Assembly: GCA_009995545.1 (NCBI GenBank)
Contig: JAACPI010000003.1
Coordinates: 5,781-69,780 of the forward strand
DNA: 64,000 nt
DNA from: a bacterium
Lineage (GTDB): Bacteria; Patescibacteriota; WWE3; 2-01-FULL-39-13; JAACPI01
Direction of reading: 5' to 3'
Shown: one piece after another, positions 19,770 through 27,974 of the stretch
Numbering within the stretch: the stretch's first letter is position 1
Layout of the letters: every line of letters starts with the position of its first letter
Made by a program: the position numbers and the translations under genes
Notes under the pieces: model-generated
Databases searched by the model: none
The model's input: only the letters and a program-made list of their open reading frames with translations
What the model was told of the DNA's origin: nothing

Positions 19770-19923
19770 TAGACAAACAAATACTCCTTCACAAACACTT
19801 TCGTTCGAGTATCGTTCAATTGCCGACCCCCACCTTTAAAACCCTTTACCTAAGCCATTTATACCGATTGTAAAACACCCTGATGGGACGTTACTCGAAC
19901 TCATAGGATTGGAAATCAAAAAT
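19770..19923 (+). repeat. Repeat R2 (left arm like R4, right arm like R0/R1)
   Basis: 29-nt identity 19773-19801 with 22905-22933; 25-nt identity 19836-19860 with 18749-18773. Confidence 0.9.
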
Positions 19924-19933
19924 CACCCAGGTT

Positions 19934-21247
19934 CTAAGGGGTAAGTCTTTTAACTCCCCTATAGAGATAGGTCACTTCTCTCACATTTGGAATATCAAAT
20001 ATTTTCATTAACATTCTTGTAGGACCAAACCCAATTCCACCATGAGGAGGACAACCATACTTAAAAAAGTTTAAATAATGTTGTAAGGGCTCCAAGTGGA
20101 GACCTTTCTCTGTAGCTTGTTTTATTAAAACGTCATAACGGTGTTCTCGTTGCGCACCCGTTGTAATTTCAATACCGTTCCAAAGTAAGTCAAAACTTTT
20201 AGTTAATGTTGGATCCCCATCAACGCGCATATGATAAAAAGGTCTGACATCAATTGGGTATTCTGTAACAAACACAAACTCGTGCCCCTTTTCTTTCAAA
20301 ATATACTCAGATAATCTTCTTTCTTCTTCTGGACTTAAATCTCCGTCTTTTTCACTTGGAACATTAAGTTTCTTTAGTATCTTCTTAGCCTCAGACATAC
20401 TTACCTTAGGAAAAGGTGTGGTAGGAATTACTAATTTTCTACCATAAGATTTTTCAATCTCAGCCCCAAACTTTTGCTTAAGCTTCTCTATAACAAACCG
20501 TAGCATACGTTCCTCTTGCTCCATAACATCGTAGTGAGACTTTATAAATGAAATTTCAAAGTCGTAGCCTGTAAACTCAGTATCGTGCCTAGAAGTAAAG
20601 GAGGGATTAGCCCTAAACACCGGACCCACCTCAAATACCTTCTCAAAACCAGAGGCCATAGCCATTTGCTTATAAAACTGTGGGGATTGAGCCAAATAGG
20701 CAACTCTATCAAAGTATTTAACCTCGAATAGTTCAGCACCGGATTCACTAGGTGTGCTCATAAACTTAGGGGAGTGTATTTCCATAAACCCATCGTTTAC
20801 GAAAAACTCTCTCATGTATTGCTCCATCCAAGTCCACACTTTAAAAATAAGTGCTTTTTCAGGTTTCCTAAGGTCAATCCATCGCCAGTCTAATCTCGTG
20901 GGTTGCTCTGTTTCTGCATTACTTTTATCTATTATGGGAATTGGCAATTTTGGATCTGCTTTAGAAAGCACGGTTATGCTATCAATCTGAAGTTCCACCC
21001 CATTAGGGGCCTGTCTCTCCTCTTTTATAACCCCTATTACTTCTATTACAGACTCGTTAGCCAAGTCAGAAATTATTTTAAATGCCTCAGTCTTTTCTTC
21101 ACCGACTACTAATTGGGCAATACCAGTAATATCCCTTAGTAAAACGAATTTTATTCTCCCTTGGTCACGAATAGTGTGCACCCACCCCATCATAGTTACT
21201 TCCTCAGAGATTTTAGATTTTATATCTTGAACGTATACCCTTTTCAT
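19934..21247 (-). CDS. aspS: Aspartate--tRNA(Asp/Asn) ligase, archaeal-type non-discriminating
   Basis: 437 aa with no GAD insertion; OB fold GWVH...RDQG; LAQSPQFYKQ, FRAN...RH, GAQREH, PPHGGIGFGPTR; the His of GWVH and Pro of QAPNG are the ND determinants known from Deinococcus AspRS2. Confidence 0.93.
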   Translation of the reverse strand: MKRVYVQDIKSKISEEVTMMGWVHTIRDQGRIKFVLLRDITGIAQLVVGEEKTEAFKIISDLANESVIEVIGVIKEERQAPNGVELQIDSITVLSKADPKLPIPIIDKSNAETEQPTRLDWRWIDLRKPEKALIFKVWTWMEQYMREFFVNDGFMEIHSPKFMSTPSESGAELFEVKYFDRVAYLAQSPQFYKQMAMASGFEKVFEVGPVFRANPSFTSRHDTEFTGYDFEISFIKSHYDVMEQEERMLRFVIEKLKQKFGAEIEKSYGRKLVIPTTPFPKVSMSEAKKILKKLNVPSEKDGDLSPEEERRLSEYILKEKGHEFVFVTEYPIDVRPFYHMRVDGDPTLTKSFDLLWNGIEITTGAQREHRYDVLIKQATEKGLHLEPLQHYLNFFKYGCPPHGGIGFGPTRMLMKIFDIPNVREVTYLYRGVKRLTP

Positions 21248-21280
21248 AAATCGTTTTCTTAATTACGTAGGGGTAAGTTT

Positions 21281-21517
21281 AAAAATACCCAAACGGAACA
21301 AAAAGCTAAAAAAGCTAAATTGATAATCCGTAAGGGCGTAGTAGAGTACTAACAGTACCTAATGTTACGCGGTGCCACCTCACTTTTTTCTAATGTTCTC
21401 ATTAGAAACTCTCACCTCAAACTAATAAGGTTTAACGCTGTAATGGGCGTTCCCATGGGGTTCTAATTTCGTAAAGATTTCTTCCCCAAGCTCATCGGTG
21501 TTTGCCGAATCATAGCT
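21281..21517 (-). promoter_or_regulatory. T-box riboswitch (transcription-attenuation type) upstream of aspS
   Basis: T-box gagg-TGGCACC-gcg (bulge 21377-21371) pairing with tacgc-cctt; competing terminator ccc..acgga/tccgt..ggg + tattttt; Stem II, IIA/B pseudoknot and Stem III visible; TATAAT at 21533-21528. Confidence 0.88.
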
Positions 21518-21676
21518 ATATACGGTAATTATATACCTTTTGTCAAATTACTTCAAATAACCTCTCAAAGGATAGTAAACAAAAGAATGGAGCGAGAGAA
21601 CAGAACTGAAAAATACTGTTAAGACACAAATTAAGTAAAAATCATGTTAGCGTACTGTACAAAAAAGATACACCTT

Positions 21677-21737
21677 AACAAAAGCTTTAGTTCGAACAAC
21701 GTCCCATTGCCGACCCCATCATCCTATAGTATTTACA
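21677..21737 (+). repeat. Repeat R3
   Basis: caaaagctttagttcgaacaacgtcccattgccgaccccatcatcctatagtatttaca. Confidence 0.85.
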
Positions 21738-21760
21738 AATAACTCCTATTTTGATATAAT
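21732..21760 (+). promoter_or_regulatory. sigma70 promoter at the end of R3
   Basis: TTTACA-17 nt-TATAAT. Confidence 0.75.
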
Positions 21761-21815
21761 TACCCTAATATAGCAATCCGGCTATAAATTGGATTAAGAG
21801 TTTCAGGAGGGAAAT

Positions 21816-21998
21816 ATGCCGAATAGAGGTTGGTCGAAGAAGCGCTTGTTAAGTGCAGGGGCATTTCTAGCCACTTTGCTGATCTTCGCGATCCAGGCTG
21901 TAGTGGCAAAAAATGGAAGCCCCGATGACGTCGTGCTGGTCTCGGCCTTAATGGTGATCGTAACAGCCTATCTGGTGATTTTTGTACCAGGGAAATAA
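21816..21998 (+). CDS. Small two-TM membrane protein (60 aa)
   Basis: SD aggagg before ATG, directly downstream of the R3 promoter; two hydrophobic helices. Confidence 0.6.
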   Translation: MPNRGWSKKRLLSAGAFLATLLIFAIQAVVAKNGSPDDVVLVSALMVIVTAYLVIFVPGK

Positions 21999-22145
21999 GG
22001 CCAAGGATAGGGAAAAGTGAAGGGTACCTTACGGAACCTATAGGCAAAGCCTGTAGCCCTTCGATGGTTGGATAATCTAGAAAGGAGGTTTATCCTTCAA
22101 AAAAGATTGTTCAACCATTTCCGTGTAGTAAAAATCTTTTTAAAA

Positions 22146-22862
22146 ATGCTTAAAAATTACACAAAACCATACTTACAGGAAATTGCCCATAATGTAATTG
22201 ACGAAGAAAAAGAATCCCGTACCGGTTACCAGGATATAGAAGTACAAGATGGTGAGCTATTTGACCCTTCATATGCTGAGTGGGAAATAGCAGAAAGTTG
22301 GGAGAGGCATTTGAAAATTTCTTTATCCACAAGGTTAGAAGAGGACAATATTGAAAATATACAAAAAACAGGAAAATTCCTGGCCACTTTCTTTGTAACA
22401 TTAGAAGAATTAAGAAAAAAATACAATTTTGAGAAAGCTATACCAGTAGGTGTTGTCTATAAATATACGGAAAAACGCAACCAAAAATTTATTATATTAG
22501 CAGACGAGGAATCTGGGACAATACACATATCATTTTTTGACTTAAACAGGCTACTAACAAAACCTCCCACCAAAGTACAAGCAGAAGGAACAACTTACAG
22601 TGGTACTTTAGAAGACTTTGCAAAGTTGTGCGCCGCAGAAGAGTTTTACCATATTGCTCACCCAGAATACGAGCAAAATATACTAGGTAATGTAAGCGCT
22701 GGTGTAAATTTGGTAGACTATGATGCACAAGAGGCTGAGTTTAACGCACTCCTTTTTCAACTCCACAATGCAATAGAATGGGATATGCCAGAACATACAG
22801 TAGAAAATATACGACAAAGGATTAATAGAGCTAAAAAAATTAGAGACAATCGGATTAAATAA
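22146..22862 (+). CDS. Hypothetical protein with EExxH motif, paralog of 27172..27903
   Basis: Aligns by eye with 27172..27903 (LATF..TLEELR, AxEEFxH, YDAQ, EWxMP); start placed at ATG 22146. Confidence 0.7.
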   Translation: MLKNYTKPYLQEIAHNVIDEEKESRTGYQDIEVQDGELFDPSYAEWEIAESWERHLKISLSTRLEEDNIENIQKTGKFLATFFVTLEELRKKYNFEKAIPVGVVYKYTEKRNQKFIILADEESGTIHISFFDLNRLLTKPPTKVQAEGTTYSGTLEDFAKLCAAEEFYHIAHPEYEQNILGNVSAGVNLVDYDAQEAEFNALLFQLHNAIEWDMPEHTVENIRQRINRAKKIRDNRIK

Positions 22863-22885
22863 CCTCTTTTACAGATTTATGGGAC

Positions 22886-22982
22886 ATTAAATCCCCCACT
22901 CTAAACAAACAAATACTCCTTCACAAACACTTTGGTTCTAGTATCGTCCCATTGCCGACCCCATTATCCCATAGTATTTACA
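22886..22982 (+). repeat. Repeat R4 (most complete left arm)
   Basis: attaaatcccccact-ctaaacaaacaaatactccttcacaaacactttggttctagtatcgtcccattgccgaccccattatcccatagtatttaca. Confidence 0.9.
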
Positions 22983-23005
22983 GGTATACCCTTTTATCGT
23001 ATAAT
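22977..23005 (+). promoter_or_regulatory. sigma70 promoter at the end of R4
   Basis: TTTACA-17 nt-TATAAT. Confidence 0.75.
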
Positions 23006-23060
23006 TATTGTGTAACTGAATTTCGAGTTACATAGTCGTTTTAGCACGAGGAGAGAAGAA

Positions 23061-23435
23061 ATGAAAAGGTTAAACCTGATGTTTTTTTTCCTAGTCTTGG
23101 CAAGCCTCCTATTACAAGGCTGTGCCAGCTTCGGCAATACGAAGGTGAAAGATGCAGTCGTTAGGGACTGGATATTTTCAGTCGAAACACGAGTAAACGG
23201 GGTGACTACCGTTTGGCTCAGGAACGATGACACCGGGGTCTACTGCTTCACTAATGATATCGCTACTGCGAAGCAGCTAGAAGACCTCATGAAGTCGGAT
23301 CGAATGGTCACATTCCGGTACGGTGATGTAAAGTTTTTCAATAACAATCCGTGCTCTGGAGCAGAAGTAAGTGTCGATGGGAGTGGTTTCCACACCTTTG
23401 TTGTCACCCAAATCGTAGGGGACTTAAAGGAGTAA
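23061..23435 (+). CDS. Putative lipoprotein
   Basis: MKR + hydrophobic stretch + LLQGC lipobox; SD gaggag. Confidence 0.7.
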   Translation: MKRLNLMFFFLVLASLLLQGCASFGNTKVKDAVVRDWIFSVETRVNGVTTVWLRNDDTGVYCFTNDIATAKQLEDLMKSDRMVTFRYGDVKFFNNNPCSGAEVSVDGSGFHTFVVTQIVGDLKE

Positions 23436-23565
23436 CTTAGATGAGCGGTAAGGACCGGCGGAAGATCCAACATGGATCGCCACGGAATATCTGACAAAAG
23501 TCAGACGCACATATAACATCCTTACAGTAGTACAATTTTTAGAACACTACCCTCTCCCTAACGAA

Positions 23566-24180
23566 TTAAAAGTTCGGTATTTTAATAATAATTCCCTCTT
23601 CAAGTAAAGAATCAGAATCTATATCCAGTAAATTTATTTTACTTAGTTTTTCTGCGTAGCTGGTTGAACCAAAAAATAACGTTGAAAGATTATTTAGGTT
23701 TTTAGGAGTATTTTTATTATTTACTTTATATGTAAAAACTTCAGAGTGCTGTTTTATGTCTTTCTCAAAAATTGGGTTAAAAACCATATCTTTTAACGAG
23801 GACTTGGAGATATCTCTAACTTCAAAATGTAAGTGAGGCTCTAAACAAGCCTCTCCTGTATCACCAGAGAACCCTATAACATCTCCAGTTTTAACTATTT
23901 GAGCGAGATTAACTGAAAAGACGCTTAGATGGGCATAAAGAGCTACTATATTACCATTTCTAATTGAAACAGTATTACCCATACCTTTATGAAATTCTTT
24001 TCTTACGACAATACCCCTGAAAGAGTTTAGTATTTTAGTTCCAACTGGAATATCAAAATCTAACCCAGGATGTTTATTACTGAAAATTTCGTAAAACTTC
24101 CCCTTATCGGAGTCCCCAGTAAAGTCTTTGCCAAAAGTGACAGATATTTTACCCTGTTCCAGAAGTTTTTGTAACTTCAT
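23566..24180 (-). CDS. M23 family metallopeptidase with C-terminal LysM-like segment
   Basis: HPGLD (HxxxD), YAHL, HLHFE; C-terminal YKV...LSKIN...LEEGIIIKIP. Confidence 0.85.
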   Translation of the reverse strand: MKLQKLLEQGKISVTFGKDFTGDSDKGKFYEIFSNKHPGLDFDIPVGTKILNSFRGIVVRKEFHKGMGNTVSIRNGNIVALYAHLSVFSVNLAQIVKTGDVIGFSGDTGEACLEPHLHFEVRDISKSSLKDMVFNPIFEKDIKQHSEVFTYKVNNKNTPKNLNNLSTLFFGSTSYAEKLSKINLLDIDSDSLLEEGIIIKIPNF

Positions 24181-24213
24181 ATGCTTATTTTAACACCAGA
24201 GGAGTGTAACAGG

Positions 24214-24273
24214 CTAAACAAACATTTTCGTTCGAATATCACTCCATTAACGTCCCACCCTATAGTATTTACA
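24214..24273 (+). repeat. Repeat R5
   Basis: ctaaacaaacattttcgttcgaatatcactccattaacgtcccaccctatagtatttaca. Confidence 0.8.
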
Positions 24274-24296
24274 CCGAACCTCATTTGACATATAAT
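24268..24296 (+). promoter_or_regulatory. sigma70 promoter at the end of R5
   Basis: TTTACA-17 nt-TATAAT. Confidence 0.75.
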
Positions 24297-24386
24297 ATAT
24301 GTATTTAGTGGCAATTCGATGCACTAATCAGAACATTCAAAACCTGTTACTTAATAATTGATTTTCTAGCATATAGGAGAAGAGAG

Positions 24387-25619
24387 ATGTCAGATCGAAG
24401 ACTTGGCGCATGGGACTGTGAGTATTGTAGTCGCACCAAAATCTGGGGAAATGTATATACATGTCCAGGATGTGGTAACCCAAGGAGCAAGGGAGTGAGG
24501 TTCTACCTACCCTCTGATGCCCCTTTGGTGACACCGGAGATTGCAGAACAATTGGGGTCCGGAGATCCTAACTGGTATTGCGAACATTGTAATTCCGGAA
24601 ACACAGACACCAGAGATATTTGCTGGAACTGTGGAGCTCCGAAGGGATCTTCTCCCGTACATGAAACAAAAAATTTCATGGAAGGACAGACCCCCCGAAG
24701 TACTGCACAGGCTCGAGCAGCAGATCCAGATGGACGGTCTTGGGTGGCAAAAAGTGATAGAAACGGCCGAACCACTACAACTTCACCTTCAAGAGAACCT
24801 AATAAGCCTGAGCAATATAGTTGGGCTTCTCTAGTGAGTTCTCCGAAGACGTTCACTAATCAGGCTAAATCCATAATAAGCTCGGGGAAAAATCCAGCTT
24901 ACTTAGGGGCAGCTCTAGGGGTTTTGGGAGCAATTCTGATAGCATTTCTAAGCTACAACCTGTTCTTTAAACCCCACGAGGAAACTGCTATAGTTAGCTC
25001 GTTCCAGTGGGAACAGAGCGTGGTTTTACAGCAGTTTTCCACCGTTCGCGAAACAGCATGGACAAGTACACCCTCAGGGGCGTACAACATCCAATCTGAC
25101 TACAGGGATACTGGCCGCGATCTAAAAGTCCACGACGGATGGGAGACAGTCAGTTACTCGGACACTTGTTACCGTAGCGAAAGCTACACCGACACGTGCA
25201 CCAGGTCTGTCTACAACTCCCGGACGTGTACAGGGAATCGCGACAATGGAGACGGATCCTTCAGCAGTTATACCTATGACTGCGGGAGCAGCGGTACGGA
25301 GACATACTCGTGTAGTAAAACGAGAAGTGTCCCATATAGCTGCACCAAGACCCGTCAAGAAGAGTTGTACCATTATGAGGACATATGGGACAACTGGCAC
25401 GAGTTCGACATTGATAAGTGGACCCATGTGACAACGTATCCCACACGGGGTAATAATCACAGACCCCACTTTCAAGAGGTAAATCTCCAAAACCCCTACT
25501 TGGGTGGGAACCCGATACTTGGTCAGCAGAAGCTGATTCAGATCCCGGGAAGCTATTCCATAACCTTTGCGTGCGAAAACAAAAAATCACTCGGCTCGTT
25601 CTTAAACCAAAATTTTTAA
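24387..25619 (+). CDS. Double zinc-ribbon membrane protein with Cys-ladder extracellular domain (C-terminus possibly truncated)
   Basis: WDCEYC...CPGCG and WYCEHC...CWNCG (RanBP2-like fingers), one TM, six regularly spaced Cys; SD aggag. Confidence 0.75.
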   Translation: MSDRRLGAWDCEYCSRTKIWGNVYTCPGCGNPRSKGVRFYLPSDAPLVTPEIAEQLGSGDPNWYCEHCNSGNTDTRDICWNCGAPKGSSPVHETKNFMEGQTPRSTAQARAADPDGRSWVAKSDRNGRTTTTSPSREPNKPEQYSWASLVSSPKTFTNQAKSIISSGKNPAYLGAALGVLGAILIAFLSYNLFFKPHEETAIVSSFQWEQSVVLQQFSTVRETAWTSTPSGAYNIQSDYRDTGRDLKVHDGWETVSYSDTCYRSESYTDTCTRSVYNSRTCTGNRDNGDGSFSSYTYDCGSSGTETYSCSKTRSVPYSCTKTRQEELYHYEDIWDNWHEFDIDKWTHVTTYPTRGNNHRPHFQEVNLQNPYLGGNPILGQQKLIQIPGSYSITFACENKKSLGSFLNQNF

Positions 25620-25645
25620 ACAAACAAACTCTAACAAATACTTTT
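25617..25645 (+). repeat. Degenerate left arm R5b
   Basis: taaacaaacaaactctaacaaatactttt vs R4 taaacaaacaaatactccttcacaaacacttt. Confidence 0.5.
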
Positions 25646-25676
25646 AAATAGTAAATTTCTGAAGTATTTTAAATAC

Positions 25677-25998
25677 ATGAACCTTGGTGATTTTATTTCC
25701 TTTGCAAGTCTGGGGGGGGGGCGAAATTGGTTTTGATGGTTTAACGGTATCAACAAATTTTGGAGAAATAATGTTATACTCCGGGTATGCCCACAGTGAT
25801 AAATGCAACAGGGTTTTTTGTAATTTCGCAGACACAAACGAGCAGATAGAGTGTGTCTACAACACTAGCGGGGAATTACTAATTTTTAAAAAAGACGACA
25901 AAGTATTATTTCAATTAGAGACAGGTATAGAAACTGATCCGGCAATCGAACTCAGAAGTAGCAATAATTGGTCTCTCGGGGCTTATTGGACCAGGTAA
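25677..25998 (+). pseudogene. Hypothetical gene frameshifted at a G10 tract (possibly phase variable)
   Basis: ATG 25677 lies 6 nt after TATTTT; this frame stops soon after G10 (25712-25721); G9 or G12 would fuse it to the 25684..25998 frame. Confidence 0.5.
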
Positions 25999-26006
25999 TT
26001 ATAGGC

Positions 26007-26978
26007 CTATCTGGCATATATTGAATTAAACTCTTGAATCAGAGAAATATTTGAAAGGTAGTTTTTATACATGTCCACGTAGGTATCTTCATAAATAAGA
26101 TCGCGGTTTCCATAGCCAAATGTTTGATCAACTTTGTATTTCCCGTCTCCCATAGAATCGTACTGATACTCATATGCAGGGGTGCCAAAACTTCCTAGGT
26201 CAACCCATCTTTTTCTAATTCCTAGTACGGTAACTTCGCTGTCATTGTCAATGCCACCTACCCAGGTACGTTTATCAGAATCAGTTAAAAATAAATAAGA
26301 ATATTTACTATTAACTGATTTAAAAACTCTTGCTGTAGTTTTTCCATAAATGGCGGCTTCAAACTGCCATGTTAATGTTAAATTTTTAAAGTTGGGTTTA
26401 TCACTTTGCTCTATATAAATATCTTCGGGTGGAAGTAATTCTTCTTTTTTAGACGAGTACATCTTGCCTATTATTTTTAAGGGCTCCTCAACTATAAGTT
26501 CTGTATATGTTTTATCTGTGGCACTTTCCATAGCGGTACCATAGAACACTTCAATTCCTGAGATTTTATCTTCAATTTTAAGGGTGGTTTTAATTTGCGT
26601 TGAAATAAAATACTGAAGCTCTAGAGGAAGCATTATACTCCACTCACTATAACCTTTGTCATTCCACTTAGGCTGTTCATTACCTTCCTCATCCACTCTA
26701 TATTTATAAGCTCTAAGCAAACGATACAAACCTTGAGATTTGCTTTGGAAAAAAGAAGATACTAAATACCTTCCCTTATAATCTTTAATGTAAGCAATTA
26801 ATCTTGGAACTTCGTTGTTTGCAATTTTAAATTTGTCGGATAAATAAATCTTTCTATCCCCTACTGTTACCTGGTATTTAGGAAAAAGTTTGTGATTAAT
26901 TAAATCTTGTGCAGTAAGATCTTTACCATTAAAGGGGCGGGCGTGAAAATAAGACTTTTCTAAAGCATCTTTAAACAT
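26007..26978 (-). CDS. Hypothetical protein
   Basis: Long ORF; start placed at ATG 26978 (TATAAT-6 nt-ATG). Confidence 0.65.
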   Translation of the reverse strand: MFKDALEKSYFHARPFNGKDLTAQDLINHKLFPKYQVTVGDRKIYLSDKFKIANNEVPRLIAYIKDYKGRYLVSSFFQSKSQGLYRLLRAYKYRVDEEGNEQPKWNDKGYSEWSIMLPLELQYFISTQIKTTLKIEDKISGIEVFYGTAMESATDKTYTELIVEEPLKIIGKMYSSKKEELLPPEDIYIEQSDKPNFKNLTLTWQFEAAIYGKTTARVFKSVNSKYSYLFLTDSDKRTWVGGIDNDSEVTVLGIRKRWVDLGSFGTPAYEYQYDSMGDGKYKVDQTFGYGNRDLIYEDTYVDMYKNYLSNISLIQEFNSIYAR

Positions 26979-27025
26979 TACTACATTATATAACAGGAAA
27001 TAATAAATACCTTTAGTAGACATCT

Positions 27026-27092
27026 GATTAGAGTCCCCCCCCCCTTCTACTAAGACAGACCTCATAGACCCTATAACCCTATAGTATTTACA
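27026..27092 (+). repeat. Degenerate repeat R6 with C10 tract
   Basis: gattagagtcccccccccc...gaccctataaccctatagtatttaca; TTTACA-17 nt-TATATT follows. Confidence 0.65.
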
Positions 27093-27171
27093 AGTAACCT
27101 ATTCTAGGGTATATTTATTGTAACTAAAATCCGAATTATAAATCCTTGGTATCAATAAACTTTTAAAAATA

Positions 27172-27903
27172 ATGAATCCGCAAATACCAAAAGAAGAACC
27201 TACCGTTTCCGAGGCACAAATTCCAGATAGCGGCTTTGAGATGGAAATAACAGATAGGGATCTTATCAACGTGTCAGACCCTAGCTGGAAAGACACCCAA
27301 ATGTGGGTGAATCAACTTAGTATGTCTATGGAATCTCGCAATTTGGAATACTCAGAAGACGAAATTCTAGTTGCGGCAAGATACTTAGCTACATTTTCGC
27401 AGACACTAGAGGAACTAAGGGGGAGGTTTAACTATCCAAATGTAATACCTATAAACATTGTTTATAGGTACCAGGAGAAAAACAACCGAGCCTTTATGAT
27501 CCTTGCGGATTCAAAATCAAGAACAGTACATATCTCCATCATTGCTTTGATGAAGTTTTTTAGAGGATTGTCTAGTATAGAAGAAGATTTTTTTTACTAC
27601 AAACTGGGAGACACAATAGCATTTAATGGCACTTTAATGAATTTTGCGAGGCTTAATGCAGTCGAAGAATTCGACCACGTGACGAATTCTGCAGGCAGAT
27701 CAAATAGCCTTTGGTTGGTTAATGAGGATAACCCAATAGTCGAATATGATGCGCAAGATGTTGAGCACAGCGGGCTGTTATTACAGCTACAGTTAGCTGT
27801 TGAGTGGAAAATGCCCTGGACAACTATAAACCCACTGGGCGACAGGTTACACAACGCTATAGAGTTAAGAAGAAGTAGAAGGAGTAGTACTGTTAAAAAA
27901 TAA
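27172..27903 (+). CDS. Hypothetical protein with EExxH motif, paralog of 22146..22862
   Basis: YLATFSQTLEELR, NAVEEFDH, YDAQDVEH, EWKMP. Confidence 0.7.
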   Translation: MNPQIPKEEPTVSEAQIPDSGFEMEITDRDLINVSDPSWKDTQMWVNQLSMSMESRNLEYSEDEILVAARYLATFSQTLEELRGRFNYPNVIPINIVYRYQEKNNRAFMILADSKSRTVHISIIALMKFFRGLSSIEEDFFYYKLGDTIAFNGTLMNFARLNAVEEFDHVTNSAGRSNSLWLVNEDNPIVEYDAQDVEHSGLLLQLQLAVEWKMPWTTINPLGDRLHNAIELRRSRRSSTVKK

Positions 27904-27974
27904 GTATCTAACTATAATCAATATATACCCTCAATAAATCAGTGGGTTGTAATTTTGCTATAAAAACACTGCTA

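Noticed and set aside
21760-22047. 95-aa minus-strand ORF
   Set aside because: The plus-strand 60-aa ORF has a promoter, an SD and a plausible two-TM product; the minus ORF has none of these
18702-24273. Repeats R1-R5 as additional tRNA genes
   Set aside because: Only T-loop and acceptor-3'-like parts are present, with an insertion; no D arm, anticodon arm or matching 5' acceptor strand
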